From: Candidatus Woesearchaeota archaeon
Lineage (GTDB): Archaea; Nanobdellota; Nanobdellia; SCGC-AAA011-G17; GW2011-AR18
Assembly: GCA_016179945.1 (NCBI GenBank)
Contig: JACPCE010000003.1
Coordinates: 1 to 62,406, forward strand
Reading direction: 5' to 3'
DNA: 62,406 nucleotides
Both the position numbers and the translations under genes were made by a program. Below are positions 44,793 through 54,431 of this stretch, one piece after another. Numbering within the stretch: the stretch's first letter is position 1; each line of letters opens with the position of its first letter. The notes beneath the pieces were generated by a model. The model had not been told where the DNA came from and searched no databases. It saw nothing but the letters and a program-made list of their open reading frames with translations.

Positions 44793-45773
44793 ATGCTTGA
44801 TAAAAAAGATTTAAAAATATTGTGGGAATTAGATAATAATGCAAGAATTTCTTTATCAGAATTAGCAAAGAAAATTGGAATATCAAAGCAAAATTTAAAT
44901 TATAGAATAAAAAAATTAATTCAAAAAGATTATTTACTTGGTTTTACTACTCTTATTAATTTTCACAAATTGGGTTATATTGGTTACAGAATATATTTTC
45001 GTTATAGAAACATTACAGAAGAAAGAGAAAAGGAGTTTATTAATTATTTAAAAAATCACAACAATATTGTTTGGTTTGTTAGCACTTCAGGTTCTTGGGA
45101 TATAGAAGTTTTATTTATCGCAGAAAATCCAATACAATTTAATAATATTTTTAAAAAAATAAAAGAAGATTATGGTCAATATTTTTCAAAATATAATGTT
45201 TCTACATCTATTGTAAACTATCATTTTAATAGGGATTATTTAATAAATAAAAAAAGAGGTTTATTTTCTCCTAAATATTATGGATTTGAACCAAAAAAGG
45301 AAGAATTAGATGAATTAGATATTAAAATTCTTTCAGAAATAGCAAATAATTGCAGGCAATCTAATCAAGAAATTGGAAGAAAATTCAAAATAACATATCA
45401 TACAGTAAAAGAAAGAATTAAAAAATTAGAAAATAAGAAAATTATTCAAAAGTATATTGCTGAAATAAATTTAAATAAAATTAATATAAATTATTGTAAA
45501 GCAATATTATATCTTAATAATCCATCTAAAGAAGAGGAAAAAAAACTGTATTCTTTTTGTAGCCAATATAATTTTGTTACTTATTTGGTAGAAGTATTAG
45601 GTGAATGGCAATTTGAAATAGAAGCTGAAATAGAATCACAAGATCAACTAATAGCTTTACTAAGAAAAATAAGAAATGAATTTCCCAATTTAATAACAGA
45701 TTATGATATATTACAAGTAACTAAAAGACATAAATTAAATTATTTCCCAATCAAACAATTTATAAAATCATAA
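44793..45773 (+). CDS. Tandem Lrp/AsnC-type regulator (two HTH_AsnC plus effector-domain repeats)
   Basis: LDKKDLKILWELDNNARISLSELAKKIGISKQNLNYRIKKL, and a second copy LDELDIKILSEIANNCRQSNQEIGRKFKITYHTVKERIKKL. Confidence 0.65.
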   Translation: MLDKKDLKILWELDNNARISLSELAKKIGISKQNLNYRIKKLIQKDYLLGFTTLINFHKLGYIGYRIYFRYRNITEEREKEFINYLKNHNNIVWFVSTSGSWDIEVLFIAENPIQFNNIFKKIKEDYGQYFSKYNVSTSIVNYHFNRDYLINKKRGLFSPKYYGFEPKKEELDELDIKILSEIANNCRQSNQEIGRKFKITYHTVKERIKKLENKKIIQKYIAEINLNKININYCKAILYLNNPSKEEEKKLYSFCSQYNFVTYLVEVLGEWQFEIEAEIESQDQLIALLRKIRNEFPNLITDYDILQVTKRHKLNYFPIKQFIKS

Positions 45774-45788
45774 AAACAAAAAAATAAC

Positions 45789-46480
45789 ATGGTAACAATA
45801 TGCGGTATCGATGATGCTGGTAGAAAGTTTAACTTTTGTTGAACTTACCAAGAGGTCCTGTCATCGGTCCAATGGTAATGGCTGGAATAGTAGTTGATGA
45901 GAAAGATTTACCAAAATTAAAAGAGTTAGGCGTAAAAGACTCAAAATTATTAACACCACAGCAAAGAGAGCAAATATTTTCTAAATTAATAAAAACTATA
46001 AAAAGATATAAAATAATTAAAATCTCACCAGAAGAAATAGACAAATATGTTCTTTCAGAAACTACTAACTTAAATTGGCTAGAAGCGGATAAAATGGCAG
46101 AAATTATTAATTCGTTGAAGCCTGACCAGGTTATAGTTGATTGCCCAAGCAACAATAAAAAAGCATTTGCAAATTATTTAGATTGTAAAATTACAGTTAA
46201 AACAAGTTTGAGATGTGAGCATAAAGCAGATTTGCTTTTTCCAGTTGTAGGAGCAGCCTCAATTTTAGCAAAAGTTACAAGAGACAAGGAAATAGAATTA
46301 ATAAAAAAAAGAATTGGTATAAATTTCAATTCAGGATACCCAGCAGACCCAATTACTAAAAAATTCTTAAAAGAAAATTGGAATAAATATCCAGAAATAT
46401 TCAGACATTCATGGTCTTCTTATAGAGATTATTCAGAAGGAAAAAAATCTAAAAACCAGAAAATGTTGGGAGATTTCTAA
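45789..46480 (+). CDS. rnhB: Ribonuclease HII, coding sequence interrupted by a 29-nt intervening sequence: join(45789..45823,45853..46480)
   Basis: Exon 1 encodes MVTICGIDDAG(R). The long ORF resumes (R)GPVIGPMVMAGIVVDE...KDSKLLTP...HKADLLFPVVGAASILAKVTRD...SGYPADP. Only after removal of 29 nt is the canonical GIDxAGRGPVIGP N-terminus in frame. Confidence 0.8.
45824..45852 (+). other. Candidate BHB-type mini-intron (or bypassed element) within rnhB
   Basis: UGGU(45818-21)/ACCA(45847-50) 4-bp helix, flanked on opposite strands by AGA bulges (45822-24 and 45851-53). It encloses the hairpin AAGUUUAAC-UUUU-GUUGAACUU (45825-46). The length of 29 nt (2 mod 3) matches the observed frame change. 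Confidence 0.55.
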
Positions 46481-46483
46481 AAA

Positions 46484-46792
46484 ATGAAAGAGAAGGATAT
46501 AATAACTAAAATTTTGGGGGACTTTACTAATGAATTAATATCTTATTTAGAAAAAAATAAAGTAATTAAAAATAATGGGGGAAAAAATAATATAGAAAGA
46601 TGGGCAGAATTTGTAAAAAATGACACAAGATGGAAAAGATACCATACTAAGTTTCTAAATGAAAAGTATTCTAAGGCTTATAAATTTATTAAAGAATTAT
46701 CTAAAACAAAGGAAGGTCAACAGAAAATAGTAGAAATGTATAATATAAAAAATATAAAAGGATATCCAAAATTACTAAATAAGCTTCAATGA
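46484..46792 (+). CDS. Hypothetical protein
   Basis: 102-aa ORF starting 4 nt after rnhB. No motif recognised. Confidence 0.4.
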   Translation: MKEKDIITKILGDFTNELISYLEKNKVIKNNGGKNNIERWAEFVKNDTRWKRYHTKFLNEKYSKAYKFIKELSKTKEGQQKIVEMYNIKNIKGYPKLLNKLQ

Positions 46793-46988
46793 TAAAAGAA
46801 TAACACAACACCTATGACAATATATAATAAAATTAATTGTACTCCTTTCAATCAATTAACACTTCCATCTCTAGCAATTTTATTTATTAAAAGTAAAGAA
46901 GCCAAAGTTGCAATAAAAAGACCAAGTGAAATTAAAACTGAAATTAGCATAAATAATAAATATTTTTTCAAATTAAAAACCTTTTGTT

Positions 46989-47219
46989 TCAAATAAATTC
47001 AATAAATTTTTCTTTACTTCTAAATCCAGAAATAATTCTTACATTTCTTTTAAGTTCTTTTGATAAAAATTTTATAAGTTCTTTATTTGCTTCTCCTTCA
47101 ATAGGTTTAGCTTTTAAGATAATTCTATAAATTTTCTTTGTTTCATCATAATTAACAATTTCATTTTTACTAGAATTTATCTTTATTACAACTTTAAATT
47201 TTTCTTCACTAATTTTCAT
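46989..47219 (-). CDS. DUF167 (YggU) family protein
   Basis: KAKPIEGEANKELIKFLSKELKRNVRIISGFRSKEK matches the YggU signature. Confidence 0.7.
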   Translation of the reverse strand: MKISEEKFKVVIKINSSKNEIVNYDETKKIYRIILKAKPIEGEANKELIKFLSKELKRNVRIISGFRSKEKFIEFI

Positions 47220-47220
47220 A

Positions 47221-47691
47221 TTAGTCTTCTAGTTCATCTAGTATAACCATTGTCTCTGTACTTTTTATACCAGTTAGATTTCTTAAATCCTTAGTAAGAA
47301 GCTGATTTAGTTCATCAACACTATGTGTTCTGATTTTTAATATTATATCTCTCAATCCAGTAATCAAGCAAACATCTTCAATATCTTCTCTTCTCTTTAA
47401 TATCTTAGCAAGTTCTTTTTGAGTTAATCCTTTAGAGTTTAGAGCATTATAATCTACTTTTACTAAAACATAAGCAGCAACGCTCTTGCCAAGTTTTTTG
47501 TCATCTAAAATCACAGTATATTTCTTTATTATTCCATTTTTTTCTAATTTTCTCATTCTGTGATGTACTGTGGTTACTGGAATCAATAATTGTTTAGAAA
47601 TTCCACGATATGATAATTTGCTGTTTTTCTTTAATACTTGTAAAATTTTATTGTCAATATTATCTGTTTTGAGCTGCCCCACATTGTACAA
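47221..47691 (-). CDS. Lrp/AsnC family transcriptional regulator
   Basis: DNIDNKILQVLKKNSKLSYRGISKQLLIPVTTVHHRMRKLEKNGIIKKY plus a C-terminal RAM-like domain. Confidence 0.85.
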   Translation of the reverse strand: MYNVGQLKTDNIDNKILQVLKKNSKLSYRGISKQLLIPVTTVHHRMRKLEKNGIIKKYTVILDDKKLGKSVAAYVLVKVDYNALNSKGLTQKELAKILKRREDIEDVCLITGLRDIILKIRTHSVDELNQLLTKDLRNLTGIKSTETMVILDELED

Positions 47692-47784
47692 ATGTACAAG
47701 AAAACTTATAAATATTGTTATTTATTGTATTTTTTACAAAAATTTGGAGAGTATAGTTATATAATTCCTGCTTTATAATATATT

Positions 47785-48846
47785 ATGGCCCATAAAATTA
47801 GATTATTGGGAATTGGTGGAACAGTACAGCAAGGCATGGTGGAAAAGGTTTTAGTTCCTAAGTACACTTTAGATGAAGTCTTGGATTTTGTATTCAAAGA
47901 TCAAAGAAAAAATTTTAACATTGAATCAATAGAACTAGTACAAAAACATAATGTTGATAGCAATAATATAAATGAATCAGATTTCTATAGGTTGGCTAAT
48001 GAGGTTTATAAAGCAGCACTAGATGATTCTATAGATGGTATCTTAGTTACAATCGGCACTGACAGACTAGCAGATATTGCTTCTCTTCTTGAATTTAGTG
48101 TTAGACCACTAAACAAACCAGTAGTATTCACTGGTGGAATGTATACAATTGAAGAAGGAGATACAGATGTTTCAACAAACATTAGAAAATCAATTAAATT
48201 AATAGAAGAGATAATATCACAAGACCTATTAAAAAAAGAAATGATGTACAATTCAACACTTATAGTTATGGGCGATTATGCTATTTATGCACATAGCTCG
48301 TTAAAAATCAAAACAACAGATTCTGGGTCATTTGTATGTTCTGCAAATAAACATTTTGCAAATTTTAAAGATGGAATATCAGATATAAAAAAAGTAATCG
48401 TTCCAAGAAAAAATAGTTATCCACCAAAAATGTATTTTCCTAAATTTGGTACAATCAAAGTAGAGAACATACAATTTGGATATAAAATAGGTATTAATGG
48501 ATTGACTGAATCAGAAGCTATTATTTATGTTGGAACTGGAGATGGAAACTTTCCTAGAGATCTTGTAAGTACAATGGAAGCTATATCTTATTACTATCAC
48601 AAACCTCAATTTATTTGCTCAAACGTTCCAATAAGAAATTTAATATCAAATTATGAAGTAGGAATTGTACCAGAAGGAGTAATCCAAAGTGCATTGCCAG
48701 TTCATTCCACATATTCAAAACTAGCAGTTATTTTAGGTGAAGCTAATTTTTCAGATCAAAAACAAAAACAAGAATTTATTCTAGAGTCATTCAAAAAAGA
48801 TTTTGCAAATGAAACACTTCACATCTTAGGAGAAATTAATAAATAA
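47785..48846 (+). CDS. L-asparaginase / GatD-like family protein (divergent)
   Basis: LLGIGGTVQQ (parallels TGGTIA) and LVTIGTDRLADIASLL (parallels HGTDTM). Confidence 0.55.
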   Translation: MAHKIRLLGIGGTVQQGMVEKVLVPKYTLDEVLDFVFKDQRKNFNIESIELVQKHNVDSNNINESDFYRLANEVYKAALDDSIDGILVTIGTDRLADIASLLEFSVRPLNKPVVFTGGMYTIEEGDTDVSTNIRKSIKLIEEIISQDLLKKEMMYNSTLIVMGDYAIYAHSSLKIKTTDSGSFVCSANKHFANFKDGISDIKKVIVPRKNSYPPKMYFPKFGTIKVENIQFGYKIGINGLTESEAIIYVGTGDGNFPRDLVSTMEAISYYYHKPQFICSNVPIRNLISNYEVGIVPEGVIQSALPVHSTYSKLAVILGEANFSDQKQKQEFILESFKKDFANETLHILGEINK

Positions 48847-48849
48847 ATT

Positions 48850-49983
48850 ATGAAATTATTAAATATACAAGAAAAATTTATTAAGGTGAAAAGACCAAAA
48901 TACTTGATTAAGTTAGCGAAAAACTTAATTAAGTTTGAGGAAAAAGGAACTAAAGTTTATATTCCAAAAGAAAGATATACTATAGATTTATCTCTAACTG
49001 AAAACCCTCTAAAATTTTCAAAAAAAATTCTGAAAGTCATAGATAAAGAAAAGTATAATATTAATCATTATTCTGATCCATATAATAGGGAATTAAAAAA
49101 AGCTTTATCAAAAAAATTTGGAATTCATGAAAATAAATTAATATTTGGAGCAGGAGCAGATGGTATAATTGAAAATATAGTAAGAATATTAATTAATCCT
49201 GGAGAAAAATTATTGATGCCTGATTTAACATTTCTTAATGCTTCTTTTGCTGCAATTATTGCCGGAGGAAAGCCAATATTTAGTAAAATGAATAAAGAAT
49301 TTCATATAGATTTTGATAATTTAAAAAATAAAATTGATAAAGACACTAAAATGATTTTTCTTTGTAACCCAAATAATCCAACAGGTTTGATTGAATCAAA
49401 AAAGGATATAATCGATCTAGTAAAATCCACAGACGCATTAGTGGTTGTTGATGAAGCAAATATTGAATTTGGTGGAGAATCTGTTATTAAATATGTTAAT
49501 AATTTCGATAATCTTATAGTAATAAGAACTTTTTCTAAAGCTTATGGTTTGGCTGGAATGAGGATTGGATATTGTGCCGGAAACGAAGAATTAATGTATT
49601 ACATGTGGAGGTTGCGCCCTCCATTTGTTAATACTTATATTGCACAGAAATGTGCTCTCGAAGCTCTTAAAGACCGAAAGCATATTGAAAAAACAAGAAA
49701 ATACATTGGAAATGAAAGAAATTTTTTATCAAAAGAACTTCGCAATATGGATTTTTATGTAGTAAACTCGTCTACAAATTGTTTTCTTGCAAAAGTTACT
49801 CCGCATTTTAAGAGTTCTACCGAATTTAATAATTTGCTTCATAAGAATGATTGTAATGTAGTTGATGGAAAAAATTTTAGATCTCTAGGTACAGATTATG
49901 TACGTATAGCACCACAATTACACTCTACAAATATAAAATTTGTTAAGATAGTTGACAGACTATTAAAAGAAAAAGCTAAGTAA
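48850..49983 (+). CDS. Class I/II pyridoxal-phosphate aminotransferase (HisC-like)
   Basis: LCNPNNPTG, VVVDEAN and the PLP-lysine region RTFSKAYGLAGMRIGY. Confidence 0.8.
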   Translation: MKLLNIQEKFIKVKRPKYLIKLAKNLIKFEEKGTKVYIPKERYTIDLSLTENPLKFSKKILKVIDKEKYNINHYSDPYNRELKKALSKKFGIHENKLIFGAGADGIIENIVRILINPGEKLLMPDLTFLNASFAAIIAGGKPIFSKMNKEFHIDFDNLKNKIDKDTKMIFLCNPNNPTGLIESKKDIIDLVKSTDALVVVDEANIEFGGESVIKYVNNFDNLIVIRTFSKAYGLAGMRIGYCAGNEELMYYMWRLRPPFVNTYIAQKCALEALKDRKHIEKTRKYIGNERNFLSKELRNMDFYVVNSSTNCFLAKVTPHFKSSTEFNNLLHKNDCNVVDGKNFRSLGTDYVRIAPQLHSTNIKFVKIVDRLLKEKAK

Positions 49984-50036
49984 ATTTAAAAAAACCATCA
50001 CAATCTTTTTATACTCAAATTTAATCCAAATTGTTA

Positions 50037-50915
50037 ATGTTTAAAGATAAAATAGAAAGTTTTTGGTCTAAAAATTATAAATGGCTAATGTTTATACCAA
50101 TAATAATATTAATAATTTCTTTAGTGTTGATTGGAGCTAAATTTGCTAGAACTGGAGACTTGTTTAATAAAGATGTAACTCTAAGGGGCGGAATAGCTGC
50201 AACAATATATACTGATAAAGTTTTTATTGAGGAAGAAGTAAAATCTGCCCTAGGTGTAGAGGCAACAATTAAAAAATTAGGTGATATAACAACAGGAAAG
50301 CAACTGGGTTTTATCATAGAAGTTTCTGATCTGACAGAGGAACAGTTAAAGGTTATACTAAAAGATAAATTAAATTTAGAAATAACAAAAGAAAATTTCA
50401 GTATAGAAGTAACAACACCAAAATTATCACAAGCATTTTTTAAACAACTGATGATTGCACTGTTATTTGCTTTTATATTAATGGGAATATCAGTGTTTAT
50501 TGCATTTAGAACTTTTGTTCCAAGTATTGCAGTTATAGCAGCAGCATTTATGGATATAACAATAACTGTTGCAATAATTAATCTCTTAGGTATAAATGTT
50601 TCAACAGCAGGAATTGTTGCTTTGTTATTAGTAATAGGTTATAGTGTAGACACAGATATTTTACTTACAAGTTATTCAATTAAAAAGAAAGAAGGTAAAT
50701 TATTTGATAGGATGTGGCATTCAATGAAAACAGGTTTGACAATGACTGCTTGTGCTACAGTAGTCATGCTTACAGGTTTAATATTATCAAATTCATTGGT
50801 AATTAGAGAAATGTTCCTTATCATATTTATAGCATTAATTGTTGATGTAATAAGTACTTATTTTACAAATGCAGGAATGCTTTGGAATTACTGTAAAAGG
50901 AAAAATATCTCATGA
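50037..50915 (+). CDS. secF: Protein-export membrane protein SecF
   Basis: Six-TM RND-like domain LLFAFILMGISVFIAFR...LLVIGYSVDTDILL. Its stop overlaps the secD start (ATGA). Confidence 0.82.
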   Translation: MFKDKIESFWSKNYKWLMFIPIIILIISLVLIGAKFARTGDLFNKDVTLRGGIAATIYTDKVFIEEEVKSALGVEATIKKLGDITTGKQLGFIIEVSDLTEEQLKVILKDKLNLEITKENFSIEVTTPKLSQAFFKQLMIALLFAFILMGISVFIAFRTFVPSIAVIAAAFMDITITVAIINLLGINVSTAGIVALLLVIGYSVDTDILLTSYSIKKKEGKLFDRMWHSMKTGLTMTACATVVMLTGLILSNSLVIREMFLIIFIALIVDVISTYFTNAGMLWNYCKRKNIS

Positions 50916-52465
50916 AAATAACAAAATTATTAAAACAACCCAGAGTAATAATTTTAATAGTTTTCTTGCTTATCTCATTTTTCTCAATAAACCACCAATT
51001 TTCAAAAGAAGGAGTTGCAATAACTTCCATAGAATTTAATAGCACTTCTTATGAAATTGGGCTTAGAACGCCATCTCCAGATTTATCACCAACAGCAAGA
51101 GAAAAAATATTGGAAGTAAACGGGCAAAAAATAAATTCTGTAGAAGAATTTTATAATGCGGAAAAAATAATTCCAATAAACGGAACAGTAAAAATAGCAA
51201 CTACAAAAACAACTTATGATTTTTTGAAACAATATGATAATTTGGGAATAACAGTTGTAGAAGCTCCAGCATCTAATTTAAGAAAAGGCCTTGATCTTCA
51301 AGGTGGAACGAGGGTTCTTCTAAAGCCAGAGGGAGATGTTACAGATCAGGATATTAAAGATGTAATAGATACCATGGAAAATAGGCTTAATGTCTATGGT
51401 CTAGCAGACGTAACACTAAAGTCTGCATCTGATTTAGGAGGAAATAAATTTATAGTTGTTGAAATTGCAGGATCTACAAAAGAGGAAATTAAAAATTTAA
51501 TTGCAAACCAAGGTAAATTTGAAGCCAAAATAGGAAATATCACTGTGTTCCAGGGTGGCCAGAAAGACATAACTTTTGTATGCAGAACAGATGGTACTTG
51601 TTCAAGAATTCAAACATGTCAGAATAGCAATGAAGGTTATTTTTGTAGATTTGAATTTGAAATATCATTAAGTCCAGAAGCAGCAGAAAAACATGCAGAT
51701 GTAACAAAAAACTTAGCTATAATGCCATCACCTTCTGGTCAAAGAGCATTAAATGAAACAATAGATTTTTATTTAGATAACCAGTTAGTTGACCAGCTTC
51801 AAATTGATTCAAGTCTAAAAGGGCAGAAAGCAACCCGTGTTACAATATCTGGTTCTGGAAATGGAGCCACACAAAAAGAAGCATTGCAAGATACAATAAA
51901 TAATAGAAATAAATTACAAACAATATTAATTACAGGATCTCTTCCTACAAAATTAGAATTTGTAAAAGTTGATACAATATCTCCTTCATTAGGAAGCGCT
52001 TTTGTTAATAATGCATTATTAATAGGTTTGATTGCAACAATCGGTGTAGCTGTTGTTATTTACATAAGATACAGAAGTTTAAAGATTACAATACCTACAA
52101 TGATAACGGTATTAAGTGAAATTTTTATAATACTTGGTTTTGCTGCATTATTTAAACAGAATTTAGATTTAGTTGCTATTGCAGCTATTTTAGCAGCTGT
52201 TGGTACTGGTGTAGATGATCAAATAGTGATTGCAGATGAAATATTATTCGGTGGTTCAGGAGCATTAAAGCAGCAGATAAAAAGAGCATTCTTTGTTATT
52301 CTAGCAGCTTATGCAGCAACAGTTGCAGCAATGCTTCCTTTATTAAGAGCGGGTGCAGGCTTACTAACTGGCTTTGCTGTAGTTACAATTGTCGGTGTAA
52401 CAATAGGTGTTTTCATAACAAGGCCTGCATTCGGTGCTATAGTTAGATCCTTGATGGAAGAGTAA
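50912..52465 (+). CDS. secD: Protein-export membrane protein SecD
   Basis: LRKGLDLQGGTRVLL motif, a large periplasmic-type domain, and a C-terminal six-TM domain with AAVGTGVDDQIVI. Confidence 0.85.
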   Translation: MKITKLLKQPRVIILIVFLLISFFSINHQFSKEGVAITSIEFNSTSYEIGLRTPSPDLSPTAREKILEVNGQKINSVEEFYNAEKIIPINGTVKIATTKTTYDFLKQYDNLGITVVEAPASNLRKGLDLQGGTRVLLKPEGDVTDQDIKDVIDTMENRLNVYGLADVTLKSASDLGGNKFIVVEIAGSTKEEIKNLIANQGKFEAKIGNITVFQGGQKDITFVCRTDGTCSRIQTCQNSNEGYFCRFEFEISLSPEAAEKHADVTKNLAIMPSPSGQRALNETIDFYLDNQLVDQLQIDSSLKGQKATRVTISGSGNGATQKEALQDTINNRNKLQTILITGSLPTKLEFVKVDTISPSLGSAFVNNALLIGLIATIGVAVVIYIRYRSLKITIPTMITVLSEIFIILGFAALFKQNLDLVAIAAILAAVGTGVDDQIVIADEILFGGSGALKQQIKRAFFVILAAYAATVAAMLPLLRAGAGLLTGFAVVTIVGVTIGVFITRPAFGAIVRSLMEE

Positions 52466-52515
52466 ACTTTTTATACTTATTAAATTAAAATAAATTATAA
52501 ATTTGAGGTGAAAAA

Positions 52516-52674
52516 ATGGCAACAGCAGAAACAGTAATGCTCTATATTATTCTAGGTGCAATAGTAGGTATTGTCTGGAGTTTAAGAAAAATATATGTTC
52601 TAGAAGCTAGACTTGTTGCTCTAGATCTAAAAACTGAAAGATTAGTAGAACACTTAATAAAAAAGAGAAAATAA
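52516..52674 (+). CDS. Small single-TM protein
   Basis: 52-aa ORF below the track cutoff: MATAETVMLYIILGAIVGIVWSLRKIYVLEARLVALDLKTERLVEHLIKKRK. GAGGTG lies 5 nt upstream of the ATG. Confidence 0.4.
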   Translation: MATAETVMLYIILGAIVGIVWSLRKIYVLEARLVALDLKTERLVEHLIKKRK

Positions 52675-52677
52675 AAT

Positions 52678-53505
52678 ATGTTTAGAAAGTACGGTTTGAT
52701 TGGGATTTTACTAATTATATTTGTTGAAATTAATTTCTTCTTAAAAATCAAGCCATTTGCAAACTGGTATTTTCCAATTGTTTGGTTTGGATATATATTA
52801 ACAATAGATGCTTTGGTTTATAAATTAAAGGGCAATTCTTTAATCAGCAATAGATTTTATCAGTTTTTAGGAATGGTTATAATATCAATGTTGTTCTGGT
52901 GGATTTTTGAATTTATTAATATCCCTCTGCAAAACTGGTCTTATTTAGGCGTTAGTAATTTAGGAATTTGGAAAAATGTATTCGGTACTATTTCTTTTGC
53001 AACAGTTCTTCCAGCATTATTTGAAACAGTTGAACTTATACGTTCAATTCATCTTTTTGATAATACAAAACTAAAGAAAAAACACAACATTACAAGAGGA
53101 TTTGTTCATACAATGATTACTTTAGGGGTATTATTTTTTATAGCTCCAATATTCTTGCCAAAATTTGCTTTTCCTTTGGTTTGGTTAAGCTTTTTCCTTA
53201 TTTTAGATCCAATAAATTACTTACATAAACAGCCAAGTATCATAGGACATTTAAAAGATAAGAAATTAACAATACCAATATCACTATTGGTTGCAGGTAT
53301 TGTTTTAGGATTTTTATGGGAATTCTGGAATTACTGGGCAATACCAAAATGGACTTACAACATTCCATTTGTTGGATTTTTTAAAATATTTGAAATGCCG
53401 GTTTTAGGTTACTTAGGATATTTTCCATTTTCATTTGAATTATATACAATGTATTGGTTTATTAGAAGTTTATTTGTGCATAAAGAACATTTGTTAATAC
53501 GTTAA
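52678..53505 (+). CDS. Polytopic membrane protein, unknown function
   Basis: About eight hydrophobic helices, Trp/Phe-rich. Confidence 0.5.
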   Translation: MFRKYGLIGILLIIFVEINFFLKIKPFANWYFPIVWFGYILTIDALVYKLKGNSLISNRFYQFLGMVIISMLFWWIFEFINIPLQNWSYLGVSNLGIWKNVFGTISFATVLPALFETVELIRSIHLFDNTKLKKKHNITRGFVHTMITLGVLFFIAPIFLPKFAFPLVWLSFFLILDPINYLHKQPSIIGHLKDKKLTIPISLLVAGIVLGFLWEFWNYWAIPKWTYNIPFVGFFKIFEMPVLGYLGYFPFSFELYTMYWFIRSLFVHKEHLLIR

Positions 53506-53514
53506 ATTTCTTTT

Positions 53515-53640
53515 TATATTCGCTGTTAAATCCTGCCGACTACGAAGTGGGAGGTACGAGGAGCGTAGCGACGAAGAGTAAAATTTTCATTTCTCCGTAG
53601 GGCAAGGTTGAGAAAGACGAGAAAACCACTAACCGGTAAT
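53515..53640. ncRNA. GC-rich, hairpin-forming intergenic segment; candidate structured RNA or leader
   Basis: Stands out against the AT-rich flanks. TCGCT...AGCGA pairing, and the hairpin UUUCUC-CGUAGGGCAAGGUU-GAGAAA. No known RNA family recognised. Confidence 0.2.
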
Positions 53641-53681
53641 AAATACATAATTTTTATAAATAACCGCCATTTTTTAGGGTT

Positions 53682-54236
53682 ATGATTAATTTAAAAGAAG
53701 AAGAATTAAAACGGGCAAGGAGATTTGATTATTTAAAACTAATGCTATTTGGTACAGATTTGCCTAATTATGCTTGTAGAAATATTGGTGAATTTTTAGA
53801 TAATAAATCTTCGATGGGGGTAATGAAGCAAGTTGTAGTTCCACGAGTTGTTTATTTCCCTCATCCAGAAACTAGCGATGAGAGATTATGTTTGCCAATC
53901 AAATTGAGGGACGAGAGTGGCGAAATTAATGTATATGTTAGACCACAAGCCTTTCATACAGAAAGTGGAAGATTTCTAGTTAAAGCATTAGATGATATTC
54001 GTCAAGGTGATCTGCTTGTTTATGTTATATTAAGAAATGGAGTTTTGGATCCAACAATATTTGGTGATGGTGTTGTTGATGATAGGATTTATTTAACCGG
54101 TTTTTGGAGTCCAAGAATAAGAGAAAATCAAAAACCAGGACTTTCTAATTTAGTAGCAAAACTCAGTGATTTAATACCAGATTTAAGTCCATTACCTGCT
54201 CCAGTCCCAGTTGGGATTTATTTTTCTCGCCGTTAA
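53682..54236 (+). CDS. Hypothetical protein with atypical composition
   Basis: 184-aa ORF, Arg/Gly/Pro/Val/Asp-rich, ending PLPAPVPVGIYFSRR. No motif recognised. Confidence 0.45.
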   Translation: MINLKEEELKRARRFDYLKLMLFGTDLPNYACRNIGEFLDNKSSMGVMKQVVVPRVVYFPHPETSDERLCLPIKLRDESGEINVYVRPQAFHTESGRFLVKALDDIRQGDLLVYVILRNGVLDPTIFGDGVVDDRIYLTGFWSPRIRENQKPGLSNLVAKLSDLIPDLSPLPAPVPVGIYFSRR

Positions 54237-54431
54237 AGATAGCTTTTTCCAGCTTAGTCAAAGTATCAACACCCTAACCTTTTACAATTTATAGGAAATG
54301 GAAATTTTATTGAAACTAATAATTTATTAACGCACTTTCCAAATTATTATTTATACACCTTGTTTCTCGTAGAAATATTTATAAAGCCTTTCAAAATCCA
54401 TATTATAACCAATGATTATAATGAGGTTAAA

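Noticed and set aside
45824-45852. Treating rnhB simply as a frameshifted pseudogene
   Set aside because: Not fully excluded, but the rest of the 220-aa reading frame is intact with all conserved blocks. The interruption is a discrete 29-nt hairpin flanked by a 3-nt direct repeat in BHB geometry. Its excision restores the exact catalytic motif, which a random indel would be unlikely to do.
46814-46996. Track ORF of 60 aa between the hypothetical gene and DUF167
   Set aside because: Low-complexity translation. The opposite strand encodes an equally plausible 32-46-aa TM peptide. Neither can be supported.
54405-54431. Possible K-turn (L7Ae autoregulatory site) in the L7Ae leader: CCAATGATTATAATGAGGTTAAAATG
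   Set aside because: It contains only loose AUGAU/UGAG similarity to C/D-box or K-turn consensus. I could not draw the required tandem sheared G-A pairs with a flanking canonical stem.
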